Source: an uncultured Gammaproteobacteria bacterium (lineage in GTDB: Bacteria; Pseudomonadota; Gammaproteobacteria; UBA9214). From it: a DNA stretch of 64,000 nt. Shown here piece after piece: positions 1-9,532 of the stretch. Below the pieces are notes generated by a model. That model worked only from the letters and a program-made list of their open reading frames with translations, was not told the origin of the DNA and did no database searches. Every line of letters begins with the position of its first letter. Position 1 is the first letter of the stretch. The stretch lies in contig CAVVHS010000006.1 of assembly GCA_963748215.1 (NCBI GenBank), positions 736,001 to 800,000 on the forward strand. The letters run 5' to 3'. The translations under genes and the position numbers were made by a program.

Positions 1-830
1 ATTTCTGCCAGAAAGCGGGCCCCCGCCTGCAGCTGTTCAACCTCCTCCTGCAGCCGGCGCACCTCCGCAGCCTGTGCGACGGCTACCTGCACTTCGGGTT
101 CGAGTGCCGTGATCAGCTGCCGCTTGTGCCACAGGGGCAATGACACGGCAGCAATCAACAAGAGCACCGTCAGCAATGCCAGCGCAGCATTGACGCGCCG
201 CGCCATGACCGGCCTGGCTTGCCGGTACTGCTCCGGCAGCAGATTAACCGCCAGGAACTGCTGCCCCGAATCATCGCGCGTCGTGATCACATCAGGATGA
301 AATCCGAACCTGTCGAGGGTCGCAAGCAGTTCATCCAGGACCCGGCGCGGTGCAAGCACCAGTTCGAGCGACAGGGTCGCCTTTCGAGAGTCCCGCGTGA
401 CCAGTAAGTAATCGTAGTAGACCTGCTCGGCACGAAACGGGGTCTGACGGCTCATTTCGAAGGCAAGTACCTCGCGCAGGTTTTCTTCTGCCGCCAGCGG
501 CAGGGTGAGCGCCTTGGTCAATACCTTGTCCTGCGGCAGACTCAGCACAATTTCACTCACACCCTCCGGTCGATTCTGTGATGCCTCATCCCCGTGCGCC
601 AGGTCATAACGCTCGACTTCGTGCATGGCCTCTGCGCTGCCCCTGCTCACTACCAGCTCGGACTCATCCAGTTCCAGCAGCAGGCGCTGAACACGGGGCA
701 GCACGGCGTGGCGAATGCCGGCGGGCAGCATGGTAGCGAGTTCGGCGCGCCACCAGTCCCAGAATGTACTGAAACCTCTCCCCAGGGGAGAGCTCAGCCA
801 TGTGCGAAGATCCTGTTTTATGCTTTGCAT
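1..830 (-). CDS. gspL: Type II secretion GspL / PilN-domain protein (runs off the left edge of the window)
   Basis: Hand translation from ATG at 830: MQSIKQDLRTWLSSPLGRGFSTFWDWWRAELATMLP...LTLPLAAEENLREVLAFEMSRQTPF...VYYD...VNLLP, then a TM segment and coiled coil. This is typical of XpsL/GspL-type proteins. Absent from the ORF track because it has no stop inside the window. Confidence 0.8.
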   Translation of the reverse strand, partial: MQSIKQDLRTWLSSPLGRGFSTFWDWWRAELATMLPAGIRHAVLPRVQRLLLELDESELVVSRGSAEAMHEVERYDLAHGDEASQNRPEGVSEIVLSLPQDKVLTKALTLPLAAEENLREVLAFEMSRQTPFRAEQVYYDYLLVTRDSRKATLSLELVLAPRRVLDELLATLDRFGFHPDVITTRDDSGQQFLAVNLLPEQYRQARPVMARRVNAALALLTVLLLIAAVSLPLWHKRQLITALEPEVQVAVAQAAEVRRLQEEVEQLQAGARFLAE

Positions 831-1584
831 TTATCTGTTCATTACCGCGACTGACATGGAACACAGGTGCGGCACGTCCTGCCTGTCAAGACGGTTGCCG
901 GCAAACCTGTAACAGTTCCGGGCACCCTGACGCTACGCTGCGGGATGTTCAATGACTGCTCCGCGCTTGCATGCGTGTCGGTCAGGCAAGGCCTGCCCTG
1001 AAAAGGCCTGCGGGCGCCCGCGTACCGGCTTGGAGTTCATTCGGAAATGGCTTCCTGCCGGTGGCATGCAAACCAGACCCTCTGTTCCATGATTTGTTCG
1101 AATTATTCTACTTAATTAATTCTTTAATATGTGCTTTTTTTCAACAGTCGCTGGTAAAGACCGCATCGACCTGCCTGAAGACAGACACCCGCGCAGGCCG
1201 ATACGGTTACCTTGCAACCCGGGTACCGGTCTGCCAGGTCGGCGCCGAACCGCGTTGCGCGGGAAATTAAGGGCAGCGCGTGACCCGGTCGATAACACAT
1301 TAACAAAAACCGTAATCCGGGCTACACTAGCGTCTTTAAGTCAGTAGATGAAATTCAACATTTAAGATTTTGATGCAAATACTGAAAGGTAGCCAGCGGC
1401 AAGCAGGTATCAGTGCAGGCATCGCAACGTGTCGGTGCGCTGTTTGACGTTCTGCCGTGCTGCCGGGCTTTGCGCGCCCGTTCGATCTGGCCACCATCCA
1501 CTCGCCGCATCGATATACACATGCCGTGATTCAGTCTGAACCCGGACAATATCCGACAGCCGTGACAGGGGGGACTCGTCAGGG

Positions 1585-3831
1585 ATGAATGAGAGCACAA
1601 CAATGTACAATAATCTGCTACACGCCATCGCTGCGGCTGGCTGTATCCTGCTGTTGGCCTCCTGCGCCACCACCCTGCCAGGCGCGACAGACACCCTGCC
1701 GTCCAGCGCACCCGTTACCCTGACTCAACCTGTCGAACCGCTTACCCGGCAGACCACAGACATACCGGAGCCTGCTGAGCCGGCAGACAGCACCGCGACT
1801 TACACGGACAGCGCCACGGCTGACAAACCTCCGGCCCAGCCCAGCATCACCCTCGGCACCGGCGTCTTCGTGGGACCCGCCGCCGCGGAACAGGCCAGCG
1901 TGTCACCCGATGCGGGCGATGTGACCCTGAACTTCGAAGAGGCAAGCCTGCGCGAATTCATCGGCGTGGTGTTTGAAAAGATTCTCCGTAAAAACTACCT
2001 CATCGATCCCCAGGTGAAGGGCACAGTCACCTTACATACCACGTACCCGGTCACCCAGGCTGATGTCCTGCCGATCGTCGAAGCGGTGTTGCAGATCAAC
2101 GGGGCCGCGCTGGTGCACGACCAGGGCATATTCAAAATTGTACCGCTGGCGGGCGCGGAAGCACAGGCGGCCTCCCCGCTGGTAGGCAAAACTACGGCAG
2201 CTGTCAGCAAGGGCTATGCCGTGCAGATCGTACCGCTGGTCCATGTCGCGGCCGCCGAAATGGAAAAGGTACTCAAGCCTTTTATCCCGCAGGGAAGCTC
2301 CATGCGTATCGATCCGGCACGCAACCTGCTGATCCTGTCCGGCCCGCAGTACCGGCTCGACCAGATCCTCGAGACAGTCAGGATTTTCGATGTCGACTGG
2401 CTCAAGGGCATGTCTTTTGGCCTGTTTACGCTGCAGTACGCCGATGCCGCCGTACTGGTCGGAGAACTGGAGAAGGTGATCGGGAGCCAGGGGCAGGCCC
2501 CCCTGTCAGGGATAGTACGGCTGACCCCCATCGACCGGCTGAATGCCATCCTGGTGGTCGCCCATAAGCCACAGCACATGGGCAAGATTCAGAAACTGAT
2601 CGAGCAGTTTGACTGGGGCCGTGAAGGCGGCGCGGGACGGCGGCTGTTTGTCTACCATTTGAAATACGGCAAAGCCGAGAATATCGCCGGGGTACTGCAA
2701 CAACTCTACACCGATACCACCACGACCACAGAACCGGACAGCGCAACCGGAATCGCTCAGCTGCCGCCCGGCCAGGGCGTCAACGCCTTCCAGCAGGCGG
2801 TGACACTCTCCTCGCCTCCGCCTCCGGTCGGCGCACCCGGGGCCGGTGGTGACTACACCGCGAGCGCCGAGCAGACGGACAGTCCAGCACCGACGACAAG
2901 CGATGCCGGGGCGTCAAGCGAGGCCACGGGCTCGGTGAACATCATTGCCGATCAGGATAACAACGCGATACTTGTCCTGGCAGGTCCGCAGGATTACCGG
3001 GCTATCGAGTCGGTAATCCGGCAACTGGATGTGCGGCCACGCCAGGTACTGATCGAGGCCACCATTGCCGAAGTGACCTTGTCACACGGACTCGACTATG
3101 GCGTGCGCTGGTTTCTGCAAAACAACAATCTCACGGTAGGTTTCAACGCCCCGCCGCCGACCGAGGCGGGAGGTGACGGCCTGACCCTGGCGATATTCAG
3201 CAACAGCGGAGATACCAAGCTGTTCGTTGATACCCTGGCTACCCGCACTGCGGTCAAGTTCCTGTCGGCGCCCCAGGTCATGGTACTGGACAACCAGACA
3301 GCGAGTATCCGCGTGGGTGACCAGATCCCGGTCACCACGCGGACCTCACAGAGCACCATCGTCGGCGGTGATACCGCGCCCCTGGTCTCGGAGGTACAGT
3401 TCCGCGACACGGGCACCCTGCTCACCGTCAAACCGCGCATCAATGCCGGCGGTCAGGTCACGCTGGAGATCAGCCAGGAAGTCAGCCTGCCGGGATCCGA
3501 GCCAGCCATCGGCGGCGGGGGCAATGTGGCTATCTCGCAGCGCACCATCGACAGCAGTGTGGTCATCCAGAGCGGGCAAACCGTCGTGCTGGGTGGGCTC
3601 ATCCTGGAGACGTCCAATAACGGTGTATCCGGGATTCCACTGCTGATGGACATCCCCTGGCTCGGTAAGCTGTTCAGCACCACGAGCGAGGACACCTTCC
3701 GCACCGAGCTGATCGTGATGATTACCCCGCGGGTCGTCGAGGACCAGAGCGCCGCGCAAGCGGTGACCGAGGAACTGCGCATGAAACTGGTCAGGCCCAG
3801 CGCATACGAGCGCGAAGTCAAGGGACTGTAA
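1585..3831 (+). CDS. gspD: Type II secretion system secretin GspD, lipoprotein type
   Basis: Lipobox LLASC; N0 domain VTLNFEEASLREF; N-domain repeats; secretin motifs QVLIEATIAEV, APQVMVLDNQTASIRVGDQIP, GQTVVLGGLI, GIPLLMDIPWLGKLF, RTELIVMITPRVV. The start may be ATG 1603. Confidence 0.95.
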   Translation: MNESTTMYNNLLHAIAAAGCILLLASCATTLPGATDTLPSSAPVTLTQPVEPLTRQTTDIPEPAEPADSTATYTDSATADKPPAQPSITLGTGVFVGPAAAEQASVSPDAGDVTLNFEEASLREFIGVVFEKILRKNYLIDPQVKGTVTLHTTYPVTQADVLPIVEAVLQINGAALVHDQGIFKIVPLAGAEAQAASPLVGKTTAAVSKGYAVQIVPLVHVAAAEMEKVLKPFIPQGSSMRIDPARNLLILSGPQYRLDQILETVRIFDVDWLKGMSFGLFTLQYADAAVLVGELEKVIGSQGQAPLSGIVRLTPIDRLNAILVVAHKPQHMGKIQKLIEQFDWGREGGAGRRLFVYHLKYGKAENIAGVLQQLYTDTTTTTEPDSATGIAQLPPGQGVNAFQQAVTLSSPPPPVGAPGAGGDYTASAEQTDSPAPTTSDAGASSEATGSVNIIADQDNNAILVLAGPQDYRAIESVIRQLDVRPRQVLIEATIAEVTLSHGLDYGVRWFLQNNNLTVGFNAPPPTEAGGDGLTLAIFSNSGDTKLFVDTLATRTAVKFLSAPQVMVLDNQTASIRVGDQIPVTTRTSQSTIVGGDTAPLVSEVQFRDTGTLLTVKPRINAGGQVTLEISQEVSLPGSEPAIGGGGNVAISQRTIDSSVVIQSGQTVVLGGLILETSNNGVSGIPLLMDIPWLGKLFSTTSEDTFRTELIVMITPRVVEDQSAAQAVTEELRMKLVRPSAYEREVKGL

Positions 3832-4317
3832 AAACCGCCGGCTTGTACTGCGTTTGCACTGTTCCTGGCGCGTGAAACGCCTCCTGCGCCCTGACAATCC
3901 CCGGTGCGCGAATCATACCTTCACGCTGACAATTCCCATTCCCGGTGCGTGGAACGCACCCGACCCCTGGATTCCACTGGCCGGCACGGCCGGCATTACG
4001 GTCCGTGCATCCGCTAGCCCGGAATCGGGCAGTTCAAGACTCTGGGTAAAATTCAAGCAATAGCCTGGTTATGAATCAGTAGCAAGCGCCTGAATAAAAA
4101 CAGATTTTTGACAGAATTGACGGAATATTTTACAGGCATTTCTTAATATTTTTTCTACAAATATCTTGTATCTTATTGGTAGTTATCAATAATAGAAATT
4201 ATTCCGCCAGCTGCATCCGCCAGTACTGTTAATTTTCTGGACAGTTAAACCCCTGCCCGCCACACCCGCGATGCGAGATCGATCCCATTATCCTGTTTAT
4301 ACTGATAAAAATAATGA

Positions 4318-4333
4318 TGGCACATAACTTGCA
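4318..4333 (+). promoter_or_regulatory. sigma54 (RpoN) -24/-12 promoter
   Basis: TGGCAC-ATAAC-TTGCA, an exact consensus match in AT-rich intergenic DNA. Confidence 0.8.
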
Positions 4334-4851
4334 GTGCAACTGAGTAAAGTAAAAACGTGCTGCCAGGTTGCTCGGCCAGAAGCTTAGATAAGGTTCGACC
4401 CCGCACAGCAGCCCGCTAATAATAAATGTGACGTCAATAATTGATAGAAGACGTCGCCGATACAGGGGATTAACAATGAGTCAAGCAGCCCTTGACAAGT
4501 GTTGCATGCAAAGGCTGACAGGATCGTTTGACCAACCTTCTGTCGCAGGCTATCTCTTTTCACGAGCTACATGCCGCAATACACACGGCAGCACCATTAC
4601 CACCGCCGTTCGTCATGCAAACGCCCACGACACAGGCTCCTGGCCTGGCCACACGTGTCCAGCCCTCAGACCCGACCGTCAGGCTACTTCTATGAAAATT
4701 TCCTGCCAGCGACAAACTGCCACACTGTCAGAAATGTCTGTCATAAATGGCAGGCAGGAACAAAAAACAGAGCAAAATAATTAAAAGCCAATCTTTTTCT
4801 AACTACTTTTTTATATGAGTTTTACTAACTTAATACCTGATGACTCCGACT

Positions 4852-4867
4852 TGGCACTGTTATTGCC
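4852..4867 (+). promoter_or_regulatory. sigma54 -24/-12 promoter upstream of the peroxidase gene
   Basis: TGGCAC-TGTTA-TTGCC, about 210 bp before ATG 5076. Confidence 0.8.
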
Positions 4868-5075
4868 TGAGGGGACTTACAAAGCTGCCATTGATGAGAC
4901 TTTGTCACGCACATGAGACGTTATGGCAACGATACGGAAGAACGAATAGCAAGCCACGCTGGTCGTGCAGCAAGCGCGTCAGCGAGCAGCATGCCGGCAC
5001 CAGGGAACAACCCGTTGCCGGCTTGAATAATTAGCTAGAAACATAAAATGAAAAATCATCAAAGGGGACAGATTC

Positions 5076-7949
5076 ATGAAACACACGAAACCCATCGGAT
5101 TACAGCTCGGGTCAGTTACCACGGCGATCTCTTCACTCTTCCGTGACAGGCGCAGTGACGCCTCGACTCAATACGCCATAGCCAGCGGCTGTGCTTCGAG
5201 AAATTCGACAGGCCGCAAGAAAGGCTGTCGTCGCGTGTCAATCGTCGATTCGACCAGAGGCAGGTATCCGCGACTGGCCGCGCTTGCGCGGGTTTTTGTC
5301 GCCGCTTGCTTGTCATGCGCCACAGGCAGCGCATTCGCGGTGATCATCTCCCTTAAAAATGTCGTTGTCCCGATACCACTCGATATCGGCAACTATATGA
5401 ACAACCAGTTCGCGATGGAGCAGCTGGGCAAGGCCCTGTTCTGGGACATGCAGGTCGGCAGCGACGGTGTGCAGGCCTGCGCCACCTGTCATTTCCATGC
5501 CGGTGCGGACAACCGCACCAGAAACCAGCTCAGTCCGGGCATTCTCGCCGGAGATGACCAGTTCGGGAACAACAATGCCGGTATGACTGCACCGGCTCCG
5601 GGTTCAATGCGCGTTGACCAGGAACTGACGCCCGCCCATTTCCCGCTGCACCGCGTGACGAATCAGCATGTGACCGGCGACCCGGCATTTAACCCGTCCA
5701 ACACGGTCAGGGACACCAACGACGTCGTGTCGTCCCAGGGCGTGATGCTGCACGATTTCGTGGATATCGTCCCCGGCAATCCGGTGGATGTCGGCACGCT
5801 CATCCCGGACCCGGCATTCACCACTGCCGGTGGCACCCAGGTTCGTCGTGTGGAGCCGCGCAATACGCCCACGGTGATCAATGCCGTGTTTAATTTCGAC
5901 AATTTCTGGGACGGGCGCGCCAATAATATCTTCAACGGTAACAACCCGTTTGGCGCGGCCGATCCGCGCCAGCACGTAATTGTTAATGCTGCTGGAGTCC
6001 TGTCAACTGAGGAGCTGCGGCTGCGTCAGTCCTCCCTGGCCTCACAGGCCGTGGGACCGCCGCTGAGCGATTTCGAAATGTCCTTTCGCGGCCGCACCTG
6101 GCCCAAGATCGGCAAAAAGATGCTCAGTCTGAGACCGCTTGCCCAGCAGGCCGTTGCAGCAGATGACAGCAAGCTGGGATTCCTGTCACAGGGCGCACCC
6201 GGCGGAACCGGCCTTAACACGACCTATGCCGCCATGATCCAGGCCGCCTTCCCGCCGCAGTACTGGAACAACACCACGGTGAAGGTCACCTTCGATGCCA
6301 ACGGCGTACCCAGTTTCCTGCCGGGGCCGGCTGATCCGCTCAATACCGGTGAGTACTCCCAGATGGAAGCCAACTTCGCCTTCTTCTTCGGTGTGGCGGT
6401 ACAGATGTACGAGGCGACCCTGGTGGCCGACGACTCAAAGTTTGACCGGTTCATGGATGGCAGTGGCGCCCTGACCAACGAGGAAACCCTCGGCATGAAT
6501 GTCTTTAATGCTCAAGGCGGCTGCATCCTCTGCCATGACGGCGGCACATTGAGTGATATCGATGTGACCTTCATCCAGGGCATAGACCCGGTTACCGATA
6601 TCCCGATCCCGTTCAACCAGAACCCGATGGGCGCGAACGAGTTCATGCAGATCTCGACCGGCTTCGGCCTGTATGACGCCGGCTTCCACAACACCGGCGT
6701 GCGCCCGCAGGGCAATCCGGATCCACTGGCGATCGACTTTCTGGCGGTCAATGAAGATGTAGGCCGTGGCGCCACGACCGGCCTGGGCGGCGGTATGACA
6801 GAAGTCTCCCTGTCCAAGGGAATCATCGGACTGCAGAACGAGTTCCCGGGTACGCCGCTGCCGCAAATGCCCAACCTGGATCCCCTGCCTGCGTCCATGG
6901 CGGGCTTTGTGCCGCCGCTGCCGGATGGCTTCCTGCCCTTCGACACCACGCCATTTGCTGCCAGGGTGACCAATTTCGGCGCCTTCAAGACACCCGCCAT
7001 ACGCAACATCGCACTCACCGGGCCCTACATGCACAACGGTGGCCTGTCGACCCTGCGTCAGTTAGTGGACTTCTATGTACGTGGCGGTGATTTTGCCATC
7101 ACCAACAACATGAATTTCGATTCCGAGGGTATTACCGTCCTCCCGCTGTTGCGTGACACGGGTGCGATACCCGGGCTGCCGACCCCTGAGCAACTACGGG
7201 ACGGCCTGGTGCAGTTCATGGTGGCACTGACCGATCAGCGTGTGGCTCAGGAAGCGGCCCCGTTTGATCACCCCGAGCTGTTCGTGCCCGTCACCGGTAC
7301 CGCCCCGGTCTCTCCCGGCACCCGCGATCTGCTGCTGGCCGATGTGAACGGTCCGGGGAATTTCAAGCAAGTGCGTGCCGTGGGTTCCGGCGGCCGTGGC
7401 GCGGTGGGCCTGCCGCCGCTGGGTACCTTCCTGGGTCTGAACCCGCGGAGCGCTGCCCTCGTTCCGGATGCGGATCTGGATTTGATCGCGGACGCCACAG
7501 ACAACTGCCCCGCGGTTGCCAATCCCCTCCAGGAAGACGGGGACGGCGACGGCGCCGGCGATGCCTGTGACGTCTGCCCGATCGATCCCGATAACGACAT
7601 TGACGCAGACGGTGTCTGCGGTGACATCGACAACTGCCCGCTGATCGTCAATGCGGGACAGGAAAATGATGACGCCGACACATTCGGTAATGCCTGCGAC
7701 AACTGCTCGGCAGTCACCAACGCCGACCAGCGTGATACCAACGGCGATGGTTTCGGCAACGTCTGCGATGCGGACTTCAACAACAACGGCATCGTAGACC
7801 CGACTGACTTCACCGCAGCGAAATCGCTGATTGGTCAAGTATCACCAGATCATGATCTGAATGGCAACGGTATCGTGGATCCAACCGATTTCACCTTTAC
7901 CAAGGCAAATATCGGGCAGGCTCCGGGACCCTCGGGGCTCAACCCGTAG
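5076..7949 (+). CDS. Secreted di-heme cytochrome c peroxidase/MauG-family protein with C-terminal TSP3 repeats and dockerin-like module
   Basis: LGKALFWD..VGSDG..ACATCH, RNTPTVINAVFN..NFWDGRA, second heme motif CILCH, GAFKTPAIRNIALTGPYMHNGG. Signal-like segment ending AFA. C-terminal D-rich DNCP repeats and two DxNxNGIVDPTDF motifs. Confidence 0.9.
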   Translation: MKHTKPIGLQLGSVTTAISSLFRDRRSDASTQYAIASGCASRNSTGRKKGCRRVSIVDSTRGRYPRLAALARVFVAACLSCATGSAFAVIISLKNVVVPIPLDIGNYMNNQFAMEQLGKALFWDMQVGSDGVQACATCHFHAGADNRTRNQLSPGILAGDDQFGNNNAGMTAPAPGSMRVDQELTPAHFPLHRVTNQHVTGDPAFNPSNTVRDTNDVVSSQGVMLHDFVDIVPGNPVDVGTLIPDPAFTTAGGTQVRRVEPRNTPTVINAVFNFDNFWDGRANNIFNGNNPFGAADPRQHVIVNAAGVLSTEELRLRQSSLASQAVGPPLSDFEMSFRGRTWPKIGKKMLSLRPLAQQAVAADDSKLGFLSQGAPGGTGLNTTYAAMIQAAFPPQYWNNTTVKVTFDANGVPSFLPGPADPLNTGEYSQMEANFAFFFGVAVQMYEATLVADDSKFDRFMDGSGALTNEETLGMNVFNAQGGCILCHDGGTLSDIDVTFIQGIDPVTDIPIPFNQNPMGANEFMQISTGFGLYDAGFHNTGVRPQGNPDPLAIDFLAVNEDVGRGATTGLGGGMTEVSLSKGIIGLQNEFPGTPLPQMPNLDPLPASMAGFVPPLPDGFLPFDTTPFAARVTNFGAFKTPAIRNIALTGPYMHNGGLSTLRQLVDFYVRGGDFAITNNMNFDSEGITVLPLLRDTGAIPGLPTPEQLRDGLVQFMVALTDQRVAQEAAPFDHPELFVPVTGTAPVSPGTRDLLLADVNGPGNFKQVRAVGSGGRGAVGLPPLGTFLGLNPRSAALVPDADLDLIADATDNCPAVANPLQEDGDGDGAGDACDVCPIDPDNDIDADGVCGDIDNCPLIVNAGQENDDADTFGNACDNCSAVTNADQRDTNGDGFGNVCDADFNNNGIVDPTDFTAAKSLIGQVSPDHDLNGNGIVDPTDFTFTKANIGQAPGPSGLNP
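7465..7949 (+). repeat. TSP3 + dockerin-like module, copy 1 (C-terminal; approximate start)
   Basis: CDADFNNNGIVDPTDFTAAKSLIG...DLNGNGIVDPTDFTFTKANIGQAPGPS. Confidence 0.85.
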
Positions 7950-8099
7950 TTTATGGGCAGGCACGCTGACAGGTGAGGAAGAGTGACATGAATAACAGCA
8001 TGACGAACACCATTTCCGGGAGCGGAACATGAGCGCTAACGTTGATAAAACCCGGAGAAGAAATTCCCAACAGGACACAATGAACGCGGGGATACCTAC

Positions 8100-9512
8100 A
8101 TGAAACACCTGAACAGCTTCAGATTACGAATCCTGTCAGCGGCCATGTTGATCTGTCTGACACCGATCGGGCAGGCCGCCTGTCCTGACGACGGTGCAAG
8201 ACCGATGAACATCGGGCCACACAACCCGCAGACCACGTTCCCGCTCTGGGTGCAGGACTCGGAGGGACTGGGGTTGGAAATCTGCCCGGGTACCGATCAG
8301 CTCAACTGTATCTCGGTGCCACCGTTTACACCTGCGAACACCCCGGGATTGACCCAGGCCCAGTACGACCTCTCGGCGCAGATCGGCTCCGGTGAAGAGG
8401 CCTTCTTTGCCTCGGCAGAGGCAAGCATCGATCTCCCCGGTGGGCTGGCCCTCCTCGTGTCTGCTGTCGAGGCGGCCTTCCTGCCCGATTTCCAGGACGG
8501 CAACCAGTTCGCCTTTACCCGGCTGCGTATCCGCATCGATATCCCAGAGGATGGCACCTACGTGGTGACGCATCCCTGGGGCCAGATCAGCTATGACATT
8601 GTCGGTGCCGCCAACAACAGGGATATCAACGATTCCTTTGATATCCCGTTCCTGGCCGACCAGGTGGGCTACCAGGGTCGCCTCGGCCCCATCCTGACCT
8701 GGGACACCTTCCCGGACGACCTGCTGCTTGACCAGTACGGTCCGCCCTTCACGTTTGACCCGCCGTTCGGTGGTAGCGGGCCGGATGGCATCCCCGACTA
8801 CATCGGCACGCTGAACTTCCTGAACCCGCTCACCGGCGGGCCCGAGCACCAGGTCAAAGGCAGCCCGTGTGGCACCAACTTTTTCCGTATCGACGGACCG
8901 AATATCGGCGGACCCGGCATCAATTCCGTCCAGACCGACCTGTTCACCGTCACCGGCAAGGTGTTCAATGGCGCGGTGCTGCCAACACCCCTGGCCGTCG
9001 ACCAGGCGACCTACAGCCGCGCCACGGTTGGAACTGTGAATGTCGGACGTGTGAATGTCTTTGCCACTGCACCTACGATCGCGGATGTCAGCTTCACCGG
9101 TGGGCCAAACATACCGGCCGGAGTACAGGTCATGGCCAATGACGGCAGCAACCGCCATTTTGGCACGGTAGCGCTCACACCGGACGGTGACACAGTGCCG
9201 TCCAGTGTTGATGTGACCGCCGACAATAACGCAAACCCCGTCAACACGCCGACCGTCACCAACGTACCACTGGTCGACCTGGTCACGGTCACCCGCGCGG
9301 AATACGACTTTGCGACCGGTGTCCTGACCATCGAGGCGCACTCGAGTGACCTGGTCGCATCACCGACGCTGTCCGCGCTGGGCCAGAACCTGATCAACGG
9401 GGTGCTGACCACGACCCTGAATCCGGGCGTTGCACCGCCGACGGTCACCGTGACATCCCTCGCGGGTGGTTCTGCCACGCTTCCCGTCACCATCATTCAC
9501 GCCGCGCCCTGA
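8100..9512 (+). CDS. Secreted uncharacterised protein, family A, untagged paralogue, with Ig-like C-terminus
   Basis: Signal peptide (GQA-A). Shares GP.NP...F...V.D....LE.C, EAAF, FTRLRIR, GSP.GTNFFRI and VDLV..TRA motifs with 9533..11398. Confidence 0.85.
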   Translation: MKHLNSFRLRILSAAMLICLTPIGQAACPDDGARPMNIGPHNPQTTFPLWVQDSEGLGLEICPGTDQLNCISVPPFTPANTPGLTQAQYDLSAQIGSGEEAFFASAEASIDLPGGLALLVSAVEAAFLPDFQDGNQFAFTRLRIRIDIPEDGTYVVTHPWGQISYDIVGAANNRDINDSFDIPFLADQVGYQGRLGPILTWDTFPDDLLLDQYGPPFTFDPPFGGSGPDGIPDYIGTLNFLNPLTGGPEHQVKGSPCGTNFFRIDGPNIGGPGINSVQTDLFTVTGKVFNGAVLPTPLAVDQATYSRATVGTVNVGRVNVFATAPTIADVSFTGGPNIPAGVQVMANDGSNRHFGTVALTPDGDTVPSSVDVTADNNANPVNTPTVTNVPLVDLVTVTRAEYDFATGVLTIEAHSSDLVASPTLSALGQNLINGVLTTTLNPGVAPPTVTVTSLAGGSATLPVTIIHAAP

Positions 9513-9532
9513 GACAGGCTGGAGACATTACA

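Noticed and set aside
971-1711. Short ORFs between gspL and gspD
   Set aside because: Overlapping ORFs with no recognisable motifs or RBS in a divergent promoter region.
4375-4405. tRNA-like AGCTTAG...GGTTCGA motifs
   Set aside because: Too close together for a cloverleaf, with no anticodon arm or acceptor stem; treated as part of the leader motif instead.
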